Origin: Botryllus schlosseri
Taxonomy: Eukaryota
NCBI GenBank assembly: GCA_051294905.1
Contig: CM119372.1
Span: 20,772,001-20,836,000 of the forward strand
DNA: 64,000 bases
Direction: 5' to 3'
Shown: piece by piece, positions 13,201 to 26,308 of the stretch
Position numbering within the stretch: position 1 is the first letter of the stretch
Layout: the number at the start of each line of letters is the position of its first letter
Translations under genes and position numbers: made by a program
Notes under the pieces: generated by a model
Databases searched by the model: none
Told to the model about the DNA's origin: nothing
What the model saw: only the letters and a program-made list of their open reading frames with translations

Positions 13201-16200
13201 AAATCTCTCTTTCTAGTTCCAAGATTGCCACATTTCATATGACCCTCTATGTTGTCCAAAGACGTATGGCACAAATTCAGCAATGTATATCGAATTGTTA
13301 TATGTACCGTAACAACACCAATCTGTTGACGTATGAAAATATTTCAGAGATGCGATGGGATATAGGGCAAAGCTCGACAGAGTTTGCACAATAGAATTAT
13401 TCTAGGGCCTTCTTATGTCGGATAAAAACACCGATTGCCATGATGAACCCGCGCGACTCTTTTCAATGGCCTAGTTGCGCATGAACAGCGTTGCTGAAAA
13501 CTATTGATCCGAACAAAATTTCGAAGACCCAATTGACCGAACCATAGCGGGAAAAAGGCTTCTTTGCCACAGGCTCTTCGCGAAGTAGGTATCGTTAAGT
13601 ACTTCACTTCGAGAAATATGTAAAAGGAGACGACTAAAGCTGCGTTACTGAAGCGTAGAGTTATCTAGTTATTAGGTGAACTTTATTTGTTCGTGAGCCA
13701 ATTCTGTCGCATTTCCCCATCGAAGACACACATACAATTCAATCAACCGATTCACCTATGATGACGCACGGGCACGGCCATCTAATCAGCACTTTGCATG
13801 GTGTTGAATAGAACAATATCTCGCTTAGAGATGCACGGGATTGTTTGTATAAGATTTTGGATTCTTAAAGGACAGAAATCTGGCAAACTTTTCTGATACA
13901 GGATTGGATCAGGGTTTACATTTTCGCCCCGTTGCCGCGTCCGGATCAGGACAGGGTTCTAAATTTCTAGTGCACGGAAGCAGAGGTGGTCAAAGTAGTC
14001 ACCCTCGCTATTCAGGTAAAAGTAGAAATAACGCCGGAATTTTTACTCAATTAGAAGAAGGAGTGGTGGTTCACAAGTAAGTAAGTAGGCATTCTACGCC
14101 TATCTTTGCCTAAAAAACTTGAAACTGTCACGTAGAAGTACAAGTAGTCTAAAATCATAACTACTTAATAACTAGTGCAAGTAGGCAAAATCTACTTCAA
14201 GTGCTATAAAAATTAGAAGTACTTCGTTACTGACCACCTCTGCATGGAAGTGACTTTCTGTTTGTTTGCTTGGCCGTGTTTTTTATGAACTTGAACTCGG
14301 CTGGTTTCTGCATTGCACCACGGTGTCGAAAACTCCAATACATTACTGAGGTATAATTAGAAAAAGGTAGACTAAAGATGCAATAGGGCAATTCCCTGCA
14401 CAGACAACCGATGTTCCCACCACTACCTCTCCAAATCTCCTGAAAGTTGGTACACTAACAGATGAGCTAATTCCAAACAGGATGAACTTGATTTTATGAA
14501 AATTGGACTTGGGGGCCAAAAGTTACGTCACTTTGAAAATTGACAATTTTCTGCTCATTTCAGGTCTGCACTTTCAGGTTTTATCAATGCAATATTCAAG
14601 AAGGTGTAGCTAGATGTTAGACGACAGTTGAGATACGGTACTTGGATTTATCTGAAGCTTGTCTGATCGTCTATATTTCCAAGTAAAATTTAATGCCCGC
14701 TAGGTTAGGGCCAAAGGTTAAATTGAGGGGGAATTTGGTCAATGGTCTAAAATCAGTCAGGCGTTACACGATTTAGACTGCGGATTGCTCAAAAACATAT
14801 TAAAATATTTTGGAAAATAGGATCTTAAATGAAAGTTTGCTTCAAGGAGACTTCGTTCATAGCTGTTTGATTTTGGCTATTAGACTGTAAAGTGATGAAA
14901 TTGCAGTTTCAAGAGCACACTTCATTTGCACATAGAAATGCAGTAGTAGTAGGGTGCGTTCGGACATCGAGTCTGGGGTGTGTGTGGACATCATGTCTGG
15001 GATGTGTTCCGACATCATGTCTTGGTTGTGTTCGGACTGTGTTGCCATTAAAACGTAGTGTCTGGGGTGAGTTCGTACTGTTTTGCCCCTCGGACATCGT
15101 GTCTGGGGTGGGTTCAGACAGTTTTGCAACTCGGACATCGGGCCGAGGGTGTGTTCGGAATGTGTTGCCATTCGGACATCGTGTCTAGGGCGCGTTCGGA
15201 CATCATGTCAGGGGTGTGTTGCTACTCGGGCATCGTGTCTGAGGGGGCTCGGACATCATGCCTGGAGTGTGTTAGGATTGTGTTGTCAATTGGACATCGT
15301 GTCTGGATATTTTTGTGCTGCGCCAGATATGCCTCAGACCTGATATCTGCGCACAATTCTTATCCAGACATGCTCCGGAGCTGGTGCCTGCGTACTAAAT
15401 ACCTTCAGGCATTGTCCGAAACGGATATCTGCTCACTTAGTGGACACAGACATACGTCAGACGTGATACCCGCGTACTAAACGACGCGTGACCTATATAT
15501 GACCTCTTTATTTGCGGTTTTTGCTTATTTCTGCGAGAGCTGGGTATATTCACAGTAGTGATAGCTGAGTATATCCACATCCACAGTAGTGATAGCTGAG
15601 TATATCCACAGCTATCACTACTCTGGATATACTCACCTCAACTATCACAGATAACACTACTGCAGATGTGGAAATACTCAGCTATCGCTACAGTGGATAT
15701 ACTCAGCTATCGCAGATATCAACAAAAACCGCAAATATAGAGGTCATAGGTCAAACGTCGTTTAGGACGCGGGCATCACGTCCGACGCATGTCTATGTCT
15801 ATTAAGTGCGCAGATATCCGGTTTGGACCATGCCTGGGGGTATTTAGCACACAGGTATCAGCTCCGGAGCATGTCCGGATAAAAATAGTGCGCAGATATC
15901 AGGTCTGAGGTGTTCGGATTGTTTTGCTACTCGGACATCGTGTCTTGGGGGTGTTCAGATATTATGTCTTGGGTGTGTTCGGACTGTTTCGCAACGCGGA
16001 CATCGTATCTGGGGGGAATTCGGATTGTGCTGTCACTCGGACTTCGTGTCTGGAAGGTGTTCGGACATCATGCCTGTGGTGTGTCCGGACTGTGTTGTTA
16101 CTCAGACATCGTGTCTGGGATATGTTTGTGATGCGCCAAACATGCCTCAGACCTGATATCTGCCACTATTTTAATCTGGACAGTGGACATGCGTCGTAGC

Positions 16201-19200
16201 TCTTACCTGCGCACCAAATACCCCCAGACATATTCCGAATCTGATATCTGCGGGCTCAAGGGACACATACATGCGTCAGACGTGATACCCGCGTCCTAAA
16301 CGACATTTGACCAATATATGACCTCTATATTTGCTGTTTTTGCTGATATCTGCAATTGCTGGGTATATCTACAGCAGTGATAGCTGAGTATATCCACAGT
16401 AGTGATAGCTGGGGATGTACTCAGCTATCACTACAGTAAATTTGGATATACTCAGCTACCACTACTGTGGATATACCTAGCTATCGCAGATATCAGCAAA
16501 AACGCGTCGTTTAGGACGCGGGCATCACGTCTGACGCATGTCTGTGTCCAGATATTCGTTTCGGACAATGCCTGAAGGTATTTAGTGCGCAGGCATCAGC
16601 TCCGGAGCACGTCTGGATAAAAATAGTGCGCAGATATCAGGTCTGGGGCATATCTGGCGCAGCACAAAAATATCCAGACACGATGTCCAATTGACAACAC
16701 AATCCTAATACACTCCAGGCATGATGTCCGAGCCCCCTCAGACACGATGCCCGAGTAGCAACACACCCCTGACATGATGTCCGAACACGCCCTAGACACG
16801 ATGTCCGAATGGCAACACATTCCGAACACACCCTCGGCCCGATGTCCGAGTTGCAAAACTGTCTGAACCCACCCCAGACACGATGTCCGAGGGGCAACAC
16901 AGTCCGAACACATCCAAGACATGATGTCGGAACACATCCCAGACATGATGTCCACACACACCCCAGACTCGATGTCCGAACGCACCCTACTACTACTGCA
17001 TTTCCATGTGCAAATGAAGTGTGCTCTTGAAACTGCAATTTCATCACTTTACAGTCTAATAGCCAAAATCAAACAGCTATGAACGAAGTCTCCTTGAAGC
17101 AAACTTTCATTTAAGATCCTATTTTCCAAAATATTTTAATATGTTTTTGAGCAATCCGCAGTCTAAATCGTGTAACGCCTGACTGATTTTAGACCATTGA
17201 CCGAATTCCCCCTCAGTTTAACCTTTGGCCCTAACCTACAGGGCATTAAATTTTACTTAGAAATATAGACGATCAGACAAGCTTCAGATAAATCCAAGTG
17301 CCGTATCTCAACTGTCGTCTAACATCTAGCTACACCTTCTTGAATATTGCATTGATAAAACCTGAAAGTGCAGACCCGAAATGAGCAGAAAATTGTCAAT
17401 TTTCAAAGTGACGTAACTTTTGACCCCCAAGTCCAATTTTCATAAAATAAAGTTCATCCTGTTTGGAATTAGCTCATCTGTGCGTGTACCAAATTTCAGG
17501 AGATTTGGAGAGGTAGTGGTGGGAACATCGGTTGTCTGTGCAGGGAATTGCCCAATAGTTTCTCAACCTTGAGCAGTATTTTTTGGATCCGGATTTGATC
17601 AGTATTGATTGAACAAGATTGGATCGGTATCCCGAAAAGCCTTGGTCCGTATACATATTTACTCACGCGAATTGTCAAGAAAATACAAACTATAACACCG
17701 CAGGGGAAAATAATTCACGACACATTAAATGCCAAGATCGCAGTTGCAAACGGCGCCACTTGTTGTCCCAAGGGTAACAAAATGTCAAAACGTTATACTG
17801 CTATAACCCGCAAGGGGGTGAACGTATTTCATCATATGACACATACTTTTTGATCGCAAATCTCATCAAATTGCTGCGTAAAGTGCATGTACCATATATC
17901 AGGTGTCATTCCCATTACTATAGCCAGGCGCGGTATTGTTTTGTTATCATTGTATGACATCGTCTGATATTTTCTTTGTTTTAATTCTTGTTTCATATCC
18001 GGAAAACTACCCTGACGTTATACTACGTTTATACCGGGGTTTCATGTACGTTACGCCAATCATACGTGTAACATAGCATTAGAGTTATGACTTGAGTATT
18101 TCTTGTTAATGTACGCTACACTCCTCGATCCCACCCTTCGGAGCTCCGACTACAATATTTATAAGCGAATATTTAAAGCGTTGACGTGCTAGCCATTTAT
18201 AAGCTGCTAAAATATAATTAGTTGATGCATGCGTAGATTACATACCAATCCATGAACCTTGCTGAACCAGGCGATGATATACGACGTCGTGTTCGCGCGT
18301 ATTGATTGACACGAGTGCATTTGAGGCGAATCTGCACGTAACGGGGATTTACTGAAATGTAGATCAATTGTTTCAATGGTCGTGTAAGCACATAAAACTG
18401 GACGCAACCATATACGGTGTGGATTATCATTTCGCTGCAGCTATTTTCGTGCGGTTACGCAAGACAACAAACAATCCGGCTCTCAGCGTGACATTTGACA
18501 TTTCGAGAGCAGCGTTCTTGAGGATTAGCGATGTTGTGCTGGCCTAGATAAACATATATTTGCTGGTTAGCCAATGCATGGATGAATATTCATGCTGCAG
18601 CAGCTTACAGATATGTATGAGAAGCATAAAGCGATCATGCACAAGCAAAAAGGAAAATACATAACCCCGAAGTATCGCAAGAAACATAAAAAGTATATAT
18701 AACGTATATTCGTTTAAACATGAATTTAATACCTTGCTACCTGAATTATTTGGTATCAGTTGCATTTCCATTTCCGGTTTTATTCAATTCCATTTTTTTA
18801 AAAATTATATGGATGAAGAGGTGAGTATTCGGCTTGCCATTGCATGCTTATAAGCGTAAGTTTCTTTTGGTGTTTAACTACCACTGGATAGTAATTCGTT
18901 AATGTGCACTGTGCATGTACACTGTACAGTTGTACACTGTACAGGCGTATACTTGCTTACACGAATTTCAACAAACAATAACTTCAATTCTGAAGTTTTG
19001 TATTCCAAACGGCTCGTTTATGAATAGCAGTACCATGGCAAATCAAAATGTGTGGCCCGTCATATGATAATGCGACACAATGAGAAACAAGAGAGCAGCA
19101 TGCGCCACTTTATCATGCGTCACTTTGACGTGTGGTTCACAATCCCTAAACTTACCCTAACCCCACCCTAAACCCGAAAGCAATCCTTATATATATCCTA

Positions 19201-22200
19201 ACCACAAACCTAGCCTTTACCCAGTCCTTAATCTAATTGAACCATACCCATCCTTAACACTAGATTTTACCCCCATGCCGTAGCGTCGCATACTATTTTG
19301 TCGCATGCTCTTATGTCCATTAGGGCTCTTCAAAAATGACTTTTTTTCTCAAATCGCACTGGCTACTTGATCAAAATTGTTAGGTTACCTAATTTAAGCC
19401 TACACATCAAATTTGGTTCAATTCTAACAAGTAGCCGCATTGCTACAGGAGAAGAAAGTTTCTATATATTATATAAAAGTAAATAACAAAAAATTTGAAA
19501 ATTTTCTGTTCACCCCGTGAATGTGTTAGGTTGTCTATAGAAACGATGTTCACCAAATTTGTTTGAATTCCAACCAGTAAAAGCGGAGTTGTTGCCGTCG
19601 AAAAATTTAAATTTGAATAAAATAGTATTTACGGTGGGCACCACTATGATAAATAATTAAAGAAATGGTCACTGTAGATACTATTTTATTCATAATCCAA
19701 ATTTGTCGAGGGCGATAACTCCGCTTCCACTATTTGGAATTGAACCAAATTTGGTGAACATCGATTCTATAGACAACCTAACACTTTCATGGGGTGAACA
19801 AATTTTTTGTTATTTACTTTTATATAATAAATAGAAACTTTCTTCTCCTGTGGCAATGCGGCTACTGGTTGGAATTAAACCAAATTTTGTGTGTAGGCTT
19901 AAATTAGGTAACCTAACAATTTTATCAAGCAGCCAGTGCGATTTGAGAAAAAAAGTCATTTTTGAAGAACCCTAATGTCCATGGACCATCAAAACTTCCG
20001 AAGTTTTACCAAATGAACCTATGACTATAAAGCCATCATTTTCAACACCTTATGAAACAAGGGAGGACTTTTTGAATACCGGCAGTGATGTTGACCGACT
20101 GATGTCGTGAATATGCAGCCGGGGCCTACGATACTTATATAGATATACTTAAATATCGTAGGCCGCGATGCAGCCAATTCCATTCAGTAGTCATACCTGG
20201 AAAAATTATACTCCCTCTGCTAGTCAAATAACACACCAAGCACCTGTGCCCCTAGGTTATCTAAGTAAATCATTCGATTTTAAACTGTTTACAGTCGCCG
20301 AACAGTTCGGCCATTTACTTTACCGCGCAATAAAATGTAAATGAAAATCGCGCTCTTCGCCGATTTCCACCATAGCGTAGAGTGCAAAACTGATAAACGG
20401 CACTTTTTAGTGCCCAACTTCGGTTTCCCATCCGTTCCAGTGGGTAAAAACAAGTCAAATGCACCATTTCTTACGAAGATGCTCATGTTACCGATTACAG
20501 AACCCACTGCACCCATCTCCGTAACCATTTTATGTATTTGACTCGTTTTCACCCATCGGAGAGGGTGTGACAGCAAAACTTGATACCAAGAATCACCACC
20601 TATGGCTCTCATGTCTCTAACGTGTACTTTGTTCCGAATAACACGTCGACCATAAATCCAAATTCTTCCCGCAGGAGAGAAACCGTACAAATGCAAAACG
20701 TGCGGTCGCGCGTTCTGCCAAATCTCCAACCTGAAATCGCACGAGAAGACGCACACCAAAATCAAAGCGTTCAAATGCGACATATGCAGCAAGTGCTTCC
20801 GCCGCGCGTTCACTCTCAAGCAGCACAAGCTCACGCACACCAAAGGCTCGACGCAGTCCGACACACAAGCGACCGTTAACAAAAGCATGCCAAACTCGGT
20901 TTATCGCCCGTTTGTGAGAAAGCAAAACTCGCCGAATCACCTTCTCGAACTCGCCGAGCACGCTATGCACCGCCGTCGTTCGTTGGGCGACTCGAGACCC
21001 AGCCAGGTATGCGTGTTGTGCAGAGGCGGTCAGTAACGAAGTTGGTCCGCTTTTTCAAAGTACTGAAGTAGATTTTGCCTACTTGCACTACTTCCTCAAG
21101 CAGTTATGAGGATAAACTACTTCCGCTTCCACTTTACATTTTTTATGCAAAACCTCTTGTGCTAAAGCTAAACTCTGGATTTTGGATTAGAGATGTATTT
21201 ACAATTACATCAATTTTTTGAGTGACACAACTTTGTACTAGAGCTGGGCATGGACCGGAGCCGGATTGGATATCCAGCCGGATTTTCTCCTTTTTGGCCG
21301 GAGCCGGATCAGTACTTTTTCTGATACGGCCGGAGTCGGATCTGAACCGGATCAGTCCTTTTTAACTAAGAAGAGCCCGCTTCCACCATCGAATCAACGG
21401 TTGAAGTGAAATGTTCATGGAGATAAACCCCATGCTAAGTCCAAGTTGGTGTAATTACTTCAGATAAGGGAGGTTTGATCTTTTAGTATTAGTTTTCTGT
21501 TTGTATTCAAAACTATCCTGTGAGTAGATAATTATTATCGGAGTTTTGCGAACCGGATCACGGTCATTTCTAGAATCCAGCCTAGGAGTCGGACCAGTGC
21601 TTAACAAACATGATCGGAGAAGGACAAGAGAATTTGTCGATCCGCTCAGCACTACTTTGCACACACTGTATCACGATAACTGGATGTGTGGTATCTTTTC
21701 GAAACTGAGTTCGCAGTGACATGTTTCATATTCTGTTGGTCGCGAGGATGTGTGTTGCAGTTTCGATCGTACTCAGTCAAGTCATATCGGATCAACTGCT
21801 GAAAGTATGCCACCCATCGACCAAATGCACTTGCTCATATCTTCATTTTCTACTTCCACTTGAAATAGTTTTGATATGTTTTGAAATCTAACTATACTTC
21901 TACTTGCAGTGGAGTAGAGTGTTATCTGCTTACTTCTAACTCTATACTTGAGAAGCCAACGTAGACGATTTTGACCATCTCTGCTGTCGTGCTCTCCAGC
22001 TAACCATATGCACGGTGTCAAGAACTTAATTTCTTTGACAGCTGCAACAAGCCGGATATCTACAAAGGTCCGGATACGGTGACACTTATCCAGTATCCTT
22101 GACATCCGCATGCCTGTCCCGACCTCGCATGTCTCCAATCTCGGCACCGGCCAGAATGACGCCTCCTTTCGTGTCCCCCGCGGCGCCTGGACGCATCCCG

Positions 22201-25200
22201 CAACCGTCCGAAGAAATGCTGCAGTGTCCGTCTCTGTCCGCGCTATTGCGTACGGATTGTGAAAGCCGGGAGATGGCGGGGTATCTACAAAATGCTTTTT
22301 CAGCGTCTGATAGCGGAAAGCCATCGGATGCGTCGGGGTCTGTGGGAAAAGTCCGGGTTCCGGGCGCGCTGGAATCGAATGAGATTGGACGTATTGCAAG
22401 AACCCGTGGAGATCGCGACACTAATTTTAGCAAGTAAGGCAGAAATTGAGAATGAGTATCACCAGCTGTAATTTTGGTCGAACAATCATAAGAGGTAGAT
22501 GTTAGCCTTCACGCGAAGCCGCTATAGTAAGAAATCGATAGCGCAAGTGCATGCGCTCTTTACTTTTCTTGGTTCTGCATTGTATAAAATAACCGAAAAC
22601 ATCAACACAACGTCAATGAAATAGTCCGGAGAAGAAGAGATGTTCTCTCTGGTATTAGTAAGTCGGGTTCCGTAAAACTTGTCCATATCTAAATAACAGT
22701 ACTACCACAAGCGGATATTGGAAATTGATTGCTCCAGACCTTATAACGATAATAATCAATTCCCATATGTTGCTCATATTGTCGTTCTTCTTTTCCTTCA
22801 ATTAAAAGTTCTTGAATAGATTTGCGAGTGTTGCATATCCTGCATGCAGTCACACAGGGTCAAAATCATTCATCCTTGAGTATATACGCCACGATCGTAT
22901 GACTTAACATATCGCTTTCACATCCGCTTACACCTACACCAACAATATCGTGCTATCCGACAAGTAGTCCATAGCATTTTCGTAATCCAGGCCAACTATT
23001 TCGGTACGATTGGGCTATTATTGGGCCGGTATTGGCTGACTGTGTAGATCGCGATAGGCTCCCGATACTATTTTAAATGACGTGGTGATGCAAACTTCGT
23101 TGCGCTGCAGAATAAAACCAGAGGTGCTCTATATCGGAGAACCACTTTTTCGCTTAACCAAGTTTCATCAGCAAAAACCACTTACGGTGCTTTTCACACT
23201 TTGAATGTTGTAAAATATATTGTAGTTTCGGGGTATGCTTGCATCACTTTTGTGACATTGTAATTGCCACAACAATCGCCCTCGTATCACAGAATTGAAT
23301 ACAATTACGAAACTGTGTCATCAGTCGATCTGCGTTAGTCATGAATATGCTTCCTGTGATTTCGAAAGCAGCCACCCCCGATTAACTGATAAAACTACTC
23401 GACCCTTCGAGCAAGTCTACTTTTTCAGGCTACTTAATCGAGTATTTTTAAGACCGTCATTTTCTAGTTACGCTTGAAGTAGTTTTGATATCACTTGGGA
23501 ATCGCTACTTCTACTTTTAATTGAGTAGTAATTCACGGTGTTATACGTCTGCTTCTACTCAGAGACGGTAGTACTTCTAAGTACTTCTACTTTTTCGGAG
23601 TACTCAAGTAGGTTTTGTGTACTTACACTTATTCTAGGAGTTATGATATTAGATTACTCCCACTTTGAGCTCACAGTTTTCCGTTTTTGTGGCAAAACTA
23701 GGACTAGAAGACTTACTTTTTTACTTATTTGGAACAGCTACTACTTGTACTTGAGCAGAAATTTACGACTTGATTCTATTTCTATTTTCAAAGTTTTATT
23801 GCTTATAAAGGCCTAGTGCAGTAATACAGTGCTGTGCTAATTAGGTCACTGGCCCGCCTAACACGCCATGCAAATGCAATTCACACCTAAGCACTTACTT
23901 GTGTGCCCAACGCTGACCTCTTTACACACCTATGAACCAAACACCAACATTGCTTTTCACCAGCCACCATTTCTTTTCACCAGCGCACTCGACTACGCAT
24001 GTGTGCAGTGCGACCGGGGCTTCGCCAACGAGACAGAGCTGCGTAACCACACGATACGAGAACACAACCGCAAGAACCAACGCCGTGACTCTGCCTATTC
24101 AAGCCACAGCGACAAATCCCCGACCTCGCCCGGTGCCGGAAGAAAGCCAGTAAGCGCTGGCGACTGTTGCTTGGAAGCTCCGACGCGTTCTCACTACGCG
24201 GAGGATGAGTTTATGAAACGAGTTCACGCGCTGGCGCTCCGCTCGCTGGGCAGAGTGGGTGGTACCGATGAGGCGAGCGCGGAGCGAGTCGAGAACGGTC
24301 GGAGGTCGGAAGTCGCGATGGAAGAGGGCGGGATATCGCTGGAAGTAGGCAGCTCTCCGACCGAAGCCGGTGGGGACCAGTTGCGTGACATGTCGGACAA
24401 CCGAGACCAGGACAGCAAAGTCGCGAGACGCGGTTAGTATAGTCGTTTGTGAGCTTTCAAATTTCCCGCGAGCTGTTTTTCCCCGTGCACTGGTGTAGGC
24501 ATGGATGGATAGCGCTCTTTCACGGACCCGTTAAACCGGGAGGCCGCGTTACTGTGAAACTTCGCCTGTTCCAAATCTTCATCCTGACCTGACCAGCCAC
24601 ATTTAAGTGCGCACAATTCATTATAATGTGAAGTATTTGGGCTCCTTAACATAAGCATTACGAGACTATCATAAAACTTGCAATACACTACATCTTACTA
24701 TACATATGCGGTTAACCGAATTCGAAATACCTAAATAAGTTTGTCGTTGTGACGTTATAATGACAAGTACACAGACTCTCGCTCGGCATATGTCAACGAC
24801 CATGAACCGATTAACCACAACACTAATGGACTATTCCCGGACTAAAGAGATGTTCGTTCTGGCGGCAGAGGATCAGATGATGCATCTTTTTACTGGTGAT
24901 CTTAGCAGCGTTTTGGGATGCGTTGCTGCATTTCCGATTAACGTTCGTAGAGCACTATTATCAGAGTGACGATTATGCGCAGGAATGAATTCCAATTCAC
25001 AGGAATACGCCGATTAAACATCCATCGCGAAGATCGCCCGAATTATCGTGAACGCGGGAGCGCGACTTCTGCTGGTCGCAAATACAATTTAATTTAGAGA
25101 TGTAGAACGTGCATCTGCTCGTCTTTCAGATAGAGAATTTGGTGGTTCTTGGCGCGCGCGCGTCGACATCGACGTCTCGAAAGAGTAGTGGATTTATACT

Positions 25201-26308
25201 GTCGCAATATGCAATTGTATATCTGATGATTCGTTAATTGGCTCAGATAAGCATCAGTACGTTATGCGAAATTATAGCTATACTTTTTAAAATACTGACT
25301 TGAGTACTCTTCAGACCCTTCCTTTTGTACTGCCACTTGAAATACTTTCAACATGTCTTTCAAATTGCTAGTTCTACTTGTAATTGAGTAGGAATTTGTG
25401 ACGTCACTTATATTTCTACTTGAGTTTCAAAACTGTCTGCTCTGACCAATGAATTAGCAGTTTAGCACCAGGTGCTGTCAATTCGTGCTTGCCCAAAATA
25501 TTCCGCCGCGAAACTATGTGCAATATAAATAACGTTTTCAAAAAAAATTTGTCGCACTATTCCAGGTTTTGGCGGATCTAAAAAATGGAAAAGAGAGCTA
25601 TGCAAAGAATGGTACGAAATACCCCAACAAGAAACGCGGCAAAACGACGGCGCCAAATCAACCGCCAGCCTCGCTCCCCAACCAGACCCAAGCGACGAAC
25701 CGCTACGCAAGCGTCTGCGAGAGGAATACGCAAATCAGACGGTCTCTGATACAAACAAGGACGCGGAAAACGCCGACAAAAATCGCGCACAAGGCGCCTC
25801 GAAAACCGCCAATGAGCCGCCCACACAATTGTCAGCGTACCAACGTTTCGCTCCTATCGTAGAATGGAAACCGGTGGTGACCGGTTGGAAGGACATGGTT
25901 AGCGGCACTCTGTACGCTTACCCGCCTCATGCACAACAGAGCTATTTACAGTCACTGTACGACCCGCGCGTACTCCTGTCAAATTCCTCAGTGAGCAGCG
26001 CTGAGACTACGCTGTCCAGCGTCACAGACGAGAATTCATCTTCGACAAAGGAAGCCAGTCCCCGCTTTTTCCGATTTTCGCCTCACATACTCGCTGACCT
26101 TGCGGCCGATATTGATTCCTTACCGCCCAGTGCGTCTGATTCAGCGCTGTCCAGCGTGTACGCGTACGCATACCCACCAGATGCATTACCCATGCCCGGG
26201 TATAGTAGATTGCAACACGCGTTGCTGCATAGATGGGACCCTAATAGACATCGCCTTGGTGGCACTTCGTCGGTCCCGCAAACTCCTAATCTCGTGTCCG
26301 CTACGTAA
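7133..26308 (+). CDS. C2H2 zinc-finger transcription factor, 6 coding exons (7133-7208, 12351-12536, 20675-21006, 22042-22433, 23984-24432, 25566-26308), ~725 aa, 4 tandem fingers plus 1 isolated finger
   Basis: All introns are GT..AG with compatible phases (1,1,0,2,1). Summed length is 2178 nt = 725 aa + TAA. Fingers: CETC..HQMIH, CNYC..HIRIH, CKTC..HEKTH, CDIC..HKLTH, CVQC..HTIREH. The TGEKPY linker is split by intron 2. The first exon is the least certain. Confidence 0.85.
10119..10943. mobile_element. Non-autonomous hAT-like element
   Basis: Termini CAGGGGTGGCC/GGCCACCCCTG; perfect 8-bp TSD CTATAGTC. Relatives are nested at ~39084 and 41635-42138. Confidence 0.9.
12351..12536 (+). CDS. 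Zinc-finger gene exon (fingers 1-2)
   Basis: tttcctcaag acceptor; (G)DSEEYLGRPHMCETCGKRFTLLENLNRHQMIHTNERPYVCNYCNKKFRLAQHLKEHIRIHT; G|gtaagt donor. Confidence 0.95.
13981..14242. mobile_element. MITE with CAGAGGTGGTCA termini (AAGTAG-motif-rich family)
   Basis: TIR CAGAGGTGGTCA/TGACCACCTCTG; TSD CACGGAAG/CATGGAAG (7/8). Degenerate relatives near 21021, 23400-23800, 27219-27470, 45960-47223, 61230-61430 and 63430-63670. Confidence 0.8.
14386..17553. mobile_element. Foldback DNA element with ~1.1-kb TIRs (possibly Sola2-like, non-autonomous)
   Basis: GGGCAATTCCC..GGGAATTGCCC termini. Arms ~14386-15489 and ~16502-17553 are near-perfect reverse complements. AATA flanks both ends. Arrays of CGGACATCRTGTCTGG subrepeats. 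Confidence 0.88.
19321..19974. mobile_element. Palindromic MITE (hAT-like)
   Basis: TAGGGCTCTTCAAAAATGAC../..GTCATTTTTGAAGAACCCTA with ~280-bp arms; perfect 8-bp TSD ATGTCCAT. Confidence 0.9.
20675..21006 (+). CDS. Zinc-finger gene exon (fingers 3-4)
   Basis: ttcttcccgcag acceptor; GEKPYKCKTCGRAFCQISNLKSHEKTHTKIKAFKCDICSKCFRRAFTLKQHKLTH..SRPSQ; CAG|gtatgc donor. Confidence 0.95.
21239..21654. mobile_element. hAT-like MITE with CCGGA subrepeats
   Basis: TAGAGCTGGGC/GCTCAGCACTA termini; TSD CTTTGTAC/CTTTGCAC (7/8). Confidence 0.7.
22042..22433 (+). CDS. Zinc-finger gene exon (Pro/Ser-rich)
   Basis: ttctttgacag acceptor, phase 0; open frame LQQAGYLQRSGYG..DTNFS containing ORF 22099-22437; AA|gtaagg donor. 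Confidence 0.8.
23984..24432 (+). CDS. Zinc-finger gene exon (finger 5)
   Basis: ttcttttcaccag acceptor, phase 2; ALDYACVQCDRGFANETELRNHTIREH..; G|gttagt donor. Confidence 0.85.
25566..26308 (+). CDS. Zinc-finger gene terminal coding exon
   Basis: tattccag acceptor, phase 1; GFGGSKKWKRELCKEWYEIP.. runs in frame into ORF 25829-26308 ending TAA. Confidence 0.8.

Noticed and set aside
14950..15310. CRISPR-like spaced CGGACATC..GTCTGG repeats
   Set aside because: The spacers are short and similar to each other, there are no cas genes, and the context is eukaryotic. These are TE subterminal repeats.
14857..17047. Many Cys/Arg-rich ORFs on both strands
   Set aside because: They are translations of the foldback element's subrepeats, mirrored across the arms, with no domain.
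20289..22433. Minus-strand ORFs of 199, 117, 205 and 115 aa
   Set aside because: They are antisense shadows of the zinc-finger exons.
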